This document shows, piece after piece, positions 1 through 11,519 of a stretch of DNA of 64,000 nucleotides. How positions within the stretch are numbered: the stretch's first letter is position 1; every line of letters begins with the position of its first letter. Origin of the DNA: Paragordius varius (Eukaryota; Animalia; Nematomorpha); NCBI GenBank assembly GCA_964247055.1, contig OZ176052.1, positions 12,276,001-12,340,000 on the forward strand, written 5' to 3'. The position numbers and the translations under genes are program-made. The notes under the pieces are model-generated. The model saw only the letters and a program-made list of their open reading frames with translations, was not told where the DNA came from and did not search any database.

Positions 1-460
1 AGAGGATATCAACTACGGTTGGGATTGATTTATTTTTGGCTTGGTGTGATTGCAAAAAGGTGTTAAATTGATTTTGAAAATCAAGTTTTGATAGTGTGTA
101 CAATCTTTGAACATGTGAAATGTACTGATTTAGTGTGGGTAATACTGCATCTAATTTAATTTTCAAGAAAAAAATGTATGTATACAAAATTATGTAAATT
201 TAATTAAATATTATATATTGGCCAATTTTTGCAAGAAATCATTATAATAGCGGTGTTAGCTAATGCAAATAATCTTTTTTGATTAAATTAACGAAAAAAT
301 TTGTACATGATTAATATTAAGTTTGCTAGTTTTTATATAATTTATAACAAATTCTTTTATAAAATTTGTGTAAATATATATATATAGCATGATATCACAA
401 CACATGTAAATAAGTAATCAACGACAGGTTGAAGTAAAATCGTATTTTTCAAGTTCTTTA
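1..460 (-). CDS. Candidate 3' exons of the VIPAS39/spe-39-like gene, beyond the twin hAT insertion
   Basis: Minus-strand peptides KNTILLQPVVDYLFTCVVISCY, QKRLFALANTAIIMISCKNW and TLNQYISHVQRLYTLSKL occur in the same order as, and weakly resemble, remembered VIPAS39 C-terminal segments (KASILNMPLVTTLFYSCFY, KQYVLTALAARAKLRAW, ILQEYVNLVEDVDTKLNL). Splice junctions not resolved. Confidence 0.35.
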
Positions 461-470
461 GATATATAGT

Positions 471-2805
471 TAAAATGACCAGATTTTTTGAAGGAAAAAG
501 CGGGACAAATCTGAGAAAGGGGAAGAGCATGGGGGGGGGGGGGGGGTACAACCAAAAATTTTTAAACAAAAATTTATTGTAATATTTATTTATTTTTAAC
601 ACAAATACATTATAAATATAAAAAAAATATTTTATTTTTTGGTATATTTGAGTGAATGCGTTCAGTAGAATGTCATCATTTTTTAAAATATTAAGTCTTC
701 ACAAGAATTTGTCAAATTATTTTTGACAGATAAAATGGCCTTTAAAGTTTTAACATTTAAATTTGATTTTTCCGATGTCCACACCTGATTTACTGTGGAA
801 AAAACGCGCTCAGTAGCAGCGTTGGTTCCAGGTAAAGATAGTGCGAATCCCACAATTTTTGAAATATTATTGTATAGAACATAGTTCGTTTCAAAATGAT
901 GAAATATTCCTACCCATTTCTTTTATACTGTATTTTTTCTGTTGTCTATAATTTAGTTTTACATTAATATTTAACTAATGATACTTCAGAAAAAGGAACA
1001 TTTTCTGAAAGATTACATTTTGGGAATTTTTGGGAGATGCAGATATAATCAAATAATTTTTGAACATCACACCAATTAAATTCTGGTTTAATGTTATCCA
1101 ATTAAAATGATCGATTTCATTGAATTGCTTTTAAATAATATTTACAGTTTGTATAAAACATTATTATATGGTACAGGATATCTTAGCGACTTATTAAGCC
1201 TCGTTTTTCTAAATTGTTTATAATATTGCGGATGGTTAATGGTATAAAATTATTTTCAACCTTTCTTGACGTTGGAATTTTAGGTTATTTACTTCATTGG
1301 CTACTTCGATTGCGCAAATTTTGTCACCTTCTATCATTTTAATAACATTTTGAAAGAGAGAGCTTGATTATGTAGGAACTCTAACCATATTTTTAAAGAT
1401 TCCCTTTCAAAAAACTTTGCCAAATTGTCCTGTGATAAAAAATAGGATTTTAAAGGGTCATAAATTTTTAAAATTCTTTCGATAGCTGGCAGAAGAGCTA
1501 ACCAACGAGTTACAATATCCAAGCATTTATTGATATTGAACTTCTGCATTTTCACAGAATTCCTTAAGCGTTTCAAAGCGTACCGTGTATATATAAAAAT
1601 AGGATTATATTTTAACAACTACATTTTCCACATCTAGGGGTAACAAATCAGCAGCTGTTTGAATAGCGTTGTGGATTATATGCGCTGCACACCCAACGCC
1701 AATAATGTTTTGATTAAGATTATCTGTAATTTATGAAAAATATTTTTTGTTCCCCTCTTGCTTTTTCACCAAAGTTCGTATTGGTGTTGTCAGCGCAATA
1801 TGCGATGAAATTTGTCTTTTAAATTATTTTTTTCTGGAATATTTATTATTGAAGTAAAAATTATGTCGGATTTTTACCGGGTAGAGAAATAAAATCTAAA
1901 ATTTTAATTTTACTCCGGTTTCTGGATCAAAATATCTTATTAAAGTGGGAAATAATTTTGTTTCCTTGTGGTTTGATATATCAGAGTATAGCGATATGAA
2001 ACTAATTTTCAGCAAATTTTTTTGTATTTGAGAAAACGCATGTGGCTAAAGGACATTGCATACAATGGCTTCAGCTTTTGTACGGGCACACGTAATTTTT
2101 GAATAAGGTACGAATAACCTATGAGGTACAGTCCATAGATCTAAAGGAATGATTGTGATAAACGGCGTGAAAAGATAAAACACCTTTGGCTAGTGCCAAA
2201 TTCTTTTCTTCCTCTCCAAAAGCGGTTTTTGATAAAAATCCCTCATGTAAGATGATGCCGCCATATCTAAACATTTTAATGTCTTTGTGTTTCCATATGC
2301 TTTGTAATATCATGCTTGCCGCCATGTGCTTGAGTGAATGCCTCATCGCATAAAGAACATTTAAATGATTCATTCTTCGTTTTTTTGATAAAAGAATATT
2401 CTTTCATTAATTCATCGTTGAATTTCCAACCTCTTTTTATACTGATATTACTAATATTAGTATAAAAATATTATATTACCTTAATTTTCTAGAGTAAACG
2501 TATAAGCTACCGATTTGTGGTATTAATTTGCCTTTTTGATAATGTTAACATAGGAGTAGGAAGCGTGTATAATCATATGATATAAATTCTAAAAAAATAA
2601 ATATTTTTAATTTAAAAATAAAAAATTTTAATTTAAAATTGATATAGATTTTAAGGATAACTAATGATAAAAAATTGAAACGGATAAAAAAAAATTTTTT
2701 TTTATGATCGTGAAAAAGCGGGACATTTCAAAAACGTAGCGGGACGCGGGACAAAGTGTGAAATTGCGGACTGTCCTACCAAAAGTGGGACATCTGGTCA
2801 CCCTG
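471..2805 (-). mobile_element. hAT (Blackjack-like) DNA transposon, decayed transposase
   Basis: Termini TAAAATGACCAGA (471) and TCTGGTCACCCTG (2805), with subterminal GGGAC/GTCCC motifs. Broken transposase on the minus strand (ORFs 2119-2373; 1334-1618 with TRWLAL). Inverted homologue of 2814-5920. Confidence 0.85.
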
Positions 2806-2813
2806 TGTATAGG

Positions 2814-5800
2814 TAAGGTGACCAGACGTACCGATTTTGGCGGGACAGTCCCGCTTTTTCAAGATTATATAAAAAAAATTTTTTTTATACAAAATTTTTT
2901 TTATCCGTTTAAATTTTTTATCATTAAATATCTTTAATATCTATATAAATTTTAAATTAAAATTTTTTATTTTTAAATTATTATTTATTTTTTTCGAATT
3001 TATATTAAATGATTATACACTCTCCTTCCTACTACTACTGTCATCATTAATAAAAAAGCCAAGTTAATACCACAAATCTCTAGATTAAAAGACAAATTGA
3101 TACCACAAATGGGTACCTTACACGTTTATTCCAGAAAATTAATGTAATATAATATTTATTATACTAATATATTAGTTTTATTACTTGCCAACATTATTAA
3201 AAAGAGAAATTAATACCACAAATCGGTACCTTACACGTTTATCCCAATAAATTAAGGTAATTTAATATTTATTATATTAATAATAGTTTATAAATATGAG
3301 CATAAAAAGAGGTTGTAAAATCAACGATGAATTAATGAAAGATTTTCTTTTTATTACGAAATGAGCGAATTTCGAAAAACCGCTTTTGGAGAGGAAGAAA
3401 AGAATTTGGCACTAGCTGAGGGCGTGTTATCTTTTCACGCCGTTAATCACAATTATTCCTTTAGATCTATGAACTGTACCTCACAGGTTATTCGCACGTT
3501 ATTCCATAAAAAATTTACATGTGCCCGTACAAAGGCTGAAGCCATTGTATGCAATGTCCTTTCGCACATGCATTTTCTGAAATACAAAAAGATTTGGTGA
3601 AAATTAATTTCTTATCCATATACTCTGATGCATCAAATCACCAAACAAAATTATTTTAACTTTGATAAGATATTTTGATTCAGAAACCGGAGTAAAAATT
3701 AAAATTTTAGATTTAATTTCTCTACCCGGTGAAAATTCCGAAATAATATTTACTTCAATAATGCATATTCTAGAAAAAAATAATTCAAAAGACAAAATTA
3801 TCGCATATTGCGCCGACAACACCAATACGAACTTTGGTGGAAAAGCAAGAGGGGAACAAAAAATATTTTTCATAAATTACAGATAATCTTAATCAAAACA
3901 TTATTGGCGTTGGGTGTACAGCGCATATAATACACAACGCTATTTAAACAGCTGCTGATTTGTTACCCCTGGATGTGGAAATTGTAGTTGTTAAAATATA
4001 TTCCTATTTTTATATATACACGGTACGTGTTGAAACGCTTAAAAAATTCTGTGAAAATACAGAAGTTTAATATCAAAAAATGCTTGGATATTGTAAAACT
4101 CGTTGGTTAGCTTTTATGCCAGCTCTCGAAAGAATTTTAAAAATGTATGATCCTTTAAAATCTTTTTTTTATCACAGGACAAATGTCCTACAACTTTAAA
4201 AAAGTTTTTTAAAAGTGATTATTTAAAAATATGGTTAGAATTCTTGCATAATTAAGCTTCTATCGTTCATAATGTTATTAAATTTATAGAAGGTGACAAA
4301 ATTTCGGCAATTGAATTAGTCAATTAAGTTAGAACCTAATTCCAATGTCAAGAAAGGTTAGAAAATAATGTTATACCATTAACCATCCGCAATTTTAATA
4401 ATTTAGAAAAACAAGGCTTAATAAATCGCCAAGATATCCTGTACCATATAAAAATATTTTATACAAACTGTAAAGATTATTTGGAAGACTGGACGACGCA
4501 ATTCAATGAAATTGATCATTTTCATTGGATAACATTAAAACCATAATTTAATTGGTGCGATGTTCAAAAATCATTTGATTATATCTGTTCCTAAAAATTC
4601 TTAGAGTATATTAATAATAAAAAAATTAAATTATGGACAAAAAAATATACAGTATATTACATATATAAAAAATTGTGGAATTTTCAGTATCTTTCCTGGA
4701 ACCAACGCTGCTACTGGGCGCGTTTTTTCCACAGTAAATCAGGTGTGGACATGGGAAAAATCAAATTTAAATGTTAAAACTTTAAAGGTCGTTTTAACTG
4801 TCAAATATAATTTGACAAATTCTTGTTACTTCTACAATATTTTAAAAAATGATAACAATCTGCTAAAACGCATTCGTTCAAACAAAAAATATACCAAAGA
4901 ATAAAATATATTTCTTATATTTATAAAGTTTTTATGTTAAAAAATAAACAAAATTACTTAAAATATTGTATAAGTCTTCATTATTTGTCAAATTATATTT
5001 GAACACATAAAACGGCACTTATTCAACATTTAAATTTGATTTTCCTTACTTAATTTAATGTGAAAAAACGCGTTCAATAGCAGTGGTTCAGGTAAAGATA
5101 ATGCAAATTCTACAATTAAAATATTATTGTATGGAATATAATTTGTTGAAAAATGATTATTTTAACCATTTCTATCCAACGTATTTTTTTCTATTGTCCA
5201 TAATATAAGTTTTCATTCAATATATTTTAATAATGAGACTTCATAAAAAAGTGTCATTGTGCACCGTCTTGTCTTCCAAATAATCGTTTCTGTTTGTATA
5301 AAACATTTTTATATTCTGGCTATTCATTGAGCCTTGTTTTTCTGGATGCTTTATAATATTGCGATCAGGTAATGGTACAAAATTATTTTCTAACCTTTTT
5401 TGACTTGGAATTTTGACCTTTGTCCTGTGATAAAAATAGGATTCTAGGATATCACATTTTTATAAATAATCGCTGGCAAAAGAGCTAACCAACAATTTTA
5501 CAATATCCAAGCATTTTAACATCTATATTTTCCATATCCAGGGGTAACAAATCAGTAGCTGTTTGAATAGCGTTGTGTATTTGCCAATAATGTTTTGATT
5601 AAGATTACTCGCTAAATTTTTAAAAATATTTTTTGCGCCGCTTCTTGCATCACCCAGCGCACTTTGTGATGATTTCGTCTTTATTTATTATTTTTTTCTA
5701 GAATATTACAATCCCTTCACCCTTTGTTCATGCACTAAATTTATTGAATAAGGTACAAACAACCTGTAAGGTACACATTTTTTTATATTTATAATGTATT

Positions 5801-5920
5801 TGTGTTAAAAATAAATAAATATTACAATAAATTTTTTGTATAAAAATTTTTGGTTGTACCCCCCAATGACCCCCCCTTCTATTTGTCCCGCTTTTTCCTT
5901 CAAAAAATCTGGTCACCTTA
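2814..5920 (+). mobile_element. hAT (Blackjack-like) DNA transposon, decayed transposase
   Basis: Perfect 13-bp TIR TAAGGTGACCAGA / TCTGGTCACCTTA; flanks TGTATAGG / TATATAGA resemble an 8-bp TSD. Transposase remnants at about 3297-4650 show SDASN, YCADNTNTNFGG, GCTAHIIHN and TRWLAF motifs, interrupted by stops and frameshifts. Confidence 0.88.
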
Positions 5921-6039
5921 TATATAGACCAAAAAAACTATTATAGTTAAATTTGTTTTTTAAGTGTGAGACATTGTTTATTAATAAGGAATGGAAAATT
6001 GTTTTTAAAAATATGTTTTTTTTATAAAATATTTAAAAC

Positions 6040-6814
6040 CTTTGCCATTTATATGAGATTTGAGTTTAGATAAAGCATTAATAATTTGCTCAAAATCTGT
6101 GGGATACTGCTTGTTGATCGATTTCATTTCAAAAATATATGGGCGATTCCATTCAAAACTGTTTAATAATAATTTTTTCAAACTTGAAATACATATCATC
6201 TTCTCCCAAGAAATCCAAATATTGAGCATAACGTTCACAAGCTTTCGGCCTTTTCATCATAAGGGCAAAAAAGTTGTCGCGTGTTAAAGTGTTTTTACAA
6301 AACATAATGGTTTTGAGTAAAACATCGCACTCATTAATCTTAAGAGAAGCGTCCAGCAGTTGAGCCTTATCCTTAAGAGATTTTATTGAATCTAAAGTCT
6401 TAGGGGCACCTTTATTAATTAACGAAGTAAATGTATTTTGATTGTGATGCAATATACACTCGTTGATAAAGTTTATGTAAGGTTGATCGATAATCTATAT
6501 TAATAAAATTACGATACCTCATTATCAGTCGATTTATTAAAAGATATATTTGGATTTGATAATGATAAATTCGGAAAAGATTCAGTTATAACTTTAAAAC
6601 GGGATTTAAGCGACGCGTTTTTGGGAGTGAAAAAAGTTGGATTACAATTTTTAATTGATTGATTTTTGAATGATAATATAGATTTGTCTCTTTGGATAGG
6701 GGTATCATATTTATATTCAGTAACAGCCTTATATTAAAATAAATATACCTCTTCATCTCCAAATAAATTTGAACTAATGTTAGACGCTCCCCAAAAATCG
6801 TCTGCATTTTCCAT
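6040..6814 (-). CDS. VIPAS39: VIPAS39/spe-39-like protein (CHEVI/VPS33B partner), 5' exons
   Basis: ATG at 6814. Introns 6748-6728 (21 nt), 6517-6495 (23 nt) and 6183-6159 (25 nt) splice in frame. N-terminus MENADDFWGASNISSNLFGDEE resembles VIPAS39 EEEYWNSSKFKAFTFDDE. KGAPKTLDSIKSLKDKAQLLDASLKINECDVLLKTIMFCKNTL resembles [43 protein letters not shown]. The 3' end is uncertain. Confidence 0.75.
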
Positions 6815-6979
6815 GTGATTAAAAAAAATAATTAAATTTCCAAAAATTTATTTAAAAGTGACATAATGAATAATATTAATATAAATGTAATTAAATAATC
6901 AAAATCCTAATAAAAAAATTTTTGAACTTTTTCCTTATAGATCTGTATATACCTAGTGGTGTATTTATTCTCTTCCTAA

Positions 6980-7319
6980 ATGGTAAAAATATGTTTTTAA
7001 AATATAGACTAAAGGAACTTCAAGTTTTGGTAAGAAACACGTTAAAACTCATACACTTTGCCGTAGATGCGGCAAAAGAGCTTATCACGTTCAAAAAAGA
7101 AGGTGTGCGTCATGCGCCTATCCACAAAAGAAAATTCGATCATGTAAATTTTTAATTATCTTTAGATAACTGGTCAGAAAAGGCGAAAAGAAGGAGAACG
7201 ACTGGAACAGGAAGAATGCGTTATTTAAAAGTTGTTCGCAGGAAATTTAGGTTTTCAATATATTAATTTTTAGAAATGGATTTCGTGAAGGAACAGTTGC
7301 AAAACCCAAAAGAAAATGA
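6980..7319 (+). CDS. RPL37: 60S ribosomal protein L37 (eL37), 89 aa, 4 exons
   Basis: Exons 6980-6982, 7008-7143, 7166-7250, 7274-7319 with introns of 25, 22 and 23 nt. Spliced product [40 protein letters not shown]...[22 protein letters not shown]...GFREGT is unmistakably eL37 with its C4 zinc finger. Confidence 0.98.
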
Positions 7320-7332
7320 TTTATTAAATAAA

Positions 7333-7775
7333 TTAATCATTTAAATCATTTTGAATGAGATTATAAATTTTTTCAATATCATTTTTAAATTCATTAATAT
7401 CTTTTTCCAGAGTGGATATGTTTTCTAATATTTCGAACAATTTTTGCACCTTGGTTTGGATTATCTTTCCTGTTGATTCATACAATTTTAAAAAATGTTC
7501 ATCAATGGTTTTTATAGTTTTTGTATTCTATGATAGTTATTATAATTTACAAAGTCTTGTAGATTTTTCTTAAAATCTTCCACCGAATCTGAATCCTTTT
7601 TGCGTTTTAAGTTTATGTTGTTTACAAAATGCTGAGCTGATTTTGCAATTATATCCTTTGAATTTGTGTTCCCTTTACTGTTTGATGTATCTACCATTTT
7701 TTCTTCATCGGCAAAACTATATTTAAATATATGTAACTTTTCAAGATCAAGCATGCTCGCTTCGTTTTGGTCCAT
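7333..7775 (-). CDS. SYCE2: SYCE2-like synaptonemal complex central element protein (about 132 aa)
   Basis: Exons 7775-7738, 7716-7551, 7527-7333 with introns of 21 and 23 nt (the first is in frame and stopless, so optional). DIIAKSAQHFVNNINLKRKKD...FKKNL...YESTGKIIQTKVQKLFEILENISTLEKDI aligns without gaps to remembered human SYCE2 DILQKRAQELIENINKSRQKD...FRNSL...YNDHNKIIQEKLQEFTQKMAKISHLETEL. Confidence 0.78.
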
Positions 7776-7939
7776 AGTTATCGTCTGCTAATAAAAAGTT
7801 AAAAAAAATATAGCATAACAAATAAGATCATTATACCGACTACATAACTATTTTAATTAAACATTTTTTAATGAGGCACTGTTCCGACCGCATTGAACCG
7901 TCATACATTGCGTTGTTTTTAATAATTAATATCAATGAT

Positions 7940-8105
7940 ACTTAAACCTCGGCCCAAAAATAGCCCTGAATTATTTTTTATTTCGTTATATGCTTATTTG
8001 GAGTTGAATATCTGCAGTGTCAAATAGCTATGTAAATTTTATCGGTATTATGGCCATTGCGATAAGAAAAATAATTTTGGCCCTATATTGGTGAGCACCA
8101 CTAAT
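7940..8105 (+). mobile_element. Decayed copy of a short hAT-type MITE family (other copies at about 10415-10620 on the minus strand and 14776-14979)
   Basis: All three copies share ATAGCTATG...TATGGCC...GGCCC...TTGGTGAG(T/C)(A/C)CCA blocks. The 14776 copy starts CAGTGGTAATC and ends GGTGAGTACCA, a decayed TIR pair. Confidence 0.45.
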
Positions 8106-9159
8106 TTACATAGTTTGTCTCTATTTTTAAACCATAAACAATGAAATAATTTAAATCTTTTTAAGTTTCTGCGGTAAATATATTTACGCGTCGTTGTTAC
8201 ATGTTCGAAATAAAATAATTAACAATAAAATCAATCAATCATGTCGTTGTTTCTCCAGCTTGTGCTAGCTTCCAAATTCTTGAGCGATAACTTGCGATCG
8301 AGACATTTGTCTTTGGTCAAATGAGTTAAGTTTAAGTCATAATGGGACTAAGAAGAGATAAAAGTTTATATACAAGTAAACAAGTAAAGGGTGTAGCGTC
8401 GGAAGATCGTCGGCCACCTGCCGTCAAGGCAATCCCTACCCACCCGTAATGCATTGAGCTTCAGAGCGGGGAAACACATCGGAGGTTGGGGTTGACGTTA
8501 GTATCTACATACATAAATAAAAGCCTTCATGTTAGATGTGTTAATGGGAGTTAGTATAGTTAATATATATATATCTACATATATTTTTATAAGAAATGTT
8601 AATATCGCCTTGTTAGGTAAATAAAAGCAATATTTGAGTTAAAATAACCGTACAAACAGGGTTTGATTACTCCATAAAGTAATGTCAAAGGTCTATATTG
8701 GATCAAATGTAGAGTTAATTAAGCTCTTATCTTTGGTGTGGAAGGGGGTCTTCTTTTGCTTCTAAATGAGTGTGGCCTTTAAGGTAGACCAATTTTGGAG
8801 ATCTTAGACATTACAAGCGTCAACGTTACCCCTTCGTGCGACCATGTTTCAGTTGTACCTTCAACTGGGACGCTAACCCGGGATAAGTGGTCGTTGACCT
8901 TGCTCTGAGGTAAGTCTCAACTCCGACCAACAAAATGCCGGAGATTGGTAACCAGCCCTGCTCAAATATCAGCGGCTCCAGCATTGCTTCCCAGGACGTC
9001 GTCCCACAATAATTGGCTAATAGTCTACTCAGAGTCGCGTCTTGGATGCTTTATACATTCAGTGGTACACTTTGTTCGTGGGCTATCTCTGTGAAGCAGT
9101 CTATATTCTTAACTAACTTTAAGGTGTTTACCATTAACAGATTTTGTTTTAAATATTAC

Positions 9160-9497
9160 ATCAATACTAACTGACTTTAACAGAGCGTTGTAAAATAAAA
9201 ATTTATACCTTAATTACATGAATACTAACTGACATTAACAGAGCGTTGTAAAATAAAAATTTATACCTTAATTACATCAATATTAACTGACATTAACAGA
9301 GCGTTGTAAAATAAAAATGTATACCTTAATTACATGAATACTAACTGACATTAACAGAGCGTTGTGAAATAAAAATTTATACCTTAATTACATCATACTG
9401 ACATTAACAAAGCGTTTTAAAAAAAAAATTTATACCTTAATTACATCAATATTAACTGACATTAACAGAGCGTTGTAAAATAAATTTCATACCTTAT
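9160..9497. repeat. 58-bp minisatellite, about 6 copies
   Basis: Unit ATCAATACTAACTGACATTAACAGAGCGTTGTAAAATAAAAATTTATACCTTAATTAC repeated head-to-tail; the fifth copy has a small deletion. Confidence 0.95.
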
Positions 9498-10949
9498 CCA
9501 GCAGTGGGAATTAACCTTAAAATAATACCGACTTCGCAATAGTATCATTCAATCTGGAGCAAAGTATCCGGTTCAAATAAAAGTTGAATATTGGTAATCA
9601 GCCCTCAAATATCAGCAGTTCCGATGTCATCGTCATATAGCAGGGAAGTTTTGCGTTGGTTTTCAACGGGATAGGATTAGTAACTCTGGTGCGTTTCCTC
9701 TTGCCAAGAGCTTAAAAGTGATCGAGGTTCTTGGGGTATAATCGTAATCGCGTTCATCAGCGCAGCTTCAAGAGCTCAGTTGGCCACAATTATTAAAGTT
9801 TTTTCGGTAAGTTGAAAGATCGGGGTCATTAAGGATTTACGGTCATTGTTCGATTCTAGCCTGGAGAGGATGTTGCCAAAGTTTATATATAAATGAAAAC
9901 AAAAATCATTACCATTCATATTTTCATTCGTCCTTTAAAATAGTGCCATTATGAAAATACGCAATATATTTTTTAATTAACATCGCATTATAAAAAGTTT
10001 TGACCACTCTTGGCTCATTTATAAATGAAAAAATATATCCTTTGTTCTAACTCAATAATCCCACAGATTTTCAGATGGTTTAGCGCCATTGTGCAACGTC
10101 GCAAAAAAATTTGAACCTTGAGAAAAGATTTTTATAATACCTAGAATTTTTACGCTTGTCGAATAGGGAGACGCCTAATATATCGAAGACGGATGGAGTT
10201 TTCTTTGTTTAAAACGTGTTTATACACGGAGTGAAGTAAACAGCGTTATTCAAAGAAACATCAACCATATCGACAAATTATTATAGTTTCCTGGAAAATT
10301 ATTCAATTAACTCAATTATTTTTCGAATCGCATTTTACACTAAATTTGAGCATTGGGCTATGATTTTTGCTTTTAAACCGGAAATTAATATCATCATTTA
10401 ATCCATATGGTCTAAAACAGTGGGACTCACCAAAAAAATTTGACGGGCCAAATAAAATATATTTTTTTCGAGGGCCATGAACCTTGTAATGGCAAATATT
10501 CCATAGCTATTTGACACATACGCACATAGATTTAAATCACCACAATGATTTTTTTTCGGATGGCATGTAAATCCAGCTAAAAACTCGTTTTGCACCATTA
10601 AGTTTAAAAAATTAAAGTATTTTGATAACAACATTTATTTTGATATTAGCCAATTTTTGACAAATTTGGTTTCGCCTCATGACAGGCCAGTCTTAATACG
10701 TCGCCCACATTATCATCGGATAATCGATTTTCATTTTTGAATATGCCGCCTCACTCGTGTAAGTTGAGGGAAAACATTAGGATAACTTGATTTTTTATAT
10801 TTTCATATTTATTTGGCACATCTTGCCAAAACCCTACATATCTTTCTTCTCAACGATTCTCCTTGAATATAGCCTCTGAATTGGAATCATTTTTAAAATC
10901 TACAAATGCTTCAATGATATCCCAAAACCGAAATTCTCAATTTGCTTAA

Positions 10950-11290
10950 TCTAATTTATAAAAATGGAAAGTGGTGGCTTTGTGACATGTTGGAAAACCG
11001 GTAGACACATTCAAATTTAAATGTCGAAAAATATAATCATTAATGAATTCCCCGACAATAGCTTCGCCTTTTTTTGAATTAGGGCCCCAGTTTGGGCACC
11101 CCGTGTAAAAACAGGTTTTTTGAAAACAGAAGTCCATAACAATTTTCCGGAAACGTGTTGAACTATCCGATTTCAAATATGATTTTTTACATATTTTCGA
11201 TTGCGTTGAACCTAGTCGGCTCGCTTTTTTATTTAGGCCCTCTTTTTACCAGCTTACCCCGTAAAATGCAATTTTTTCAAAAAAAAAACT
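10950..11290 (+). mobile_element. 5' fragment of a non-autonomous Helitron-like family (same family as 21226-22487)
   Basis: Begins A|TCTAATTTATAAAAATGG and is the reverse-complement homologue of about 22150-22487. A more diverged relative appears at about 62730-62900. Confidence 0.55.
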
Positions 11291-11519
11291 AAGTCCACAT
11301 ATTGGATATATCCATATGCCATGGATTTTCAACGAGTTTTAAGCAATTTTTATATTTCTAATTTTTGAAATCTGAATTTCATCTTATTAGATAAAAATAC
11401 TAAATGATTGTCTATTATTAAAATCCGCGGTAAATTCCATATTTTTTTTATAAATCGTTTTAAGTGTTAGAAATAGAAGTGTTACTTATGAAATCTTATT
11501 TACATATTATTATTTTTTT

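Noticed and set aside
8392-8579. Solo LTR candidate (TGTAG...CTACA with AATAAA)
   Set aside because: No TSD and no second copy in the window, so it is not listed as a feature.
9160-9497. CRISPR-like array
   Set aside because: The units are contiguous with no unique spacers, there are no cas genes, and the context is eukaryotic.
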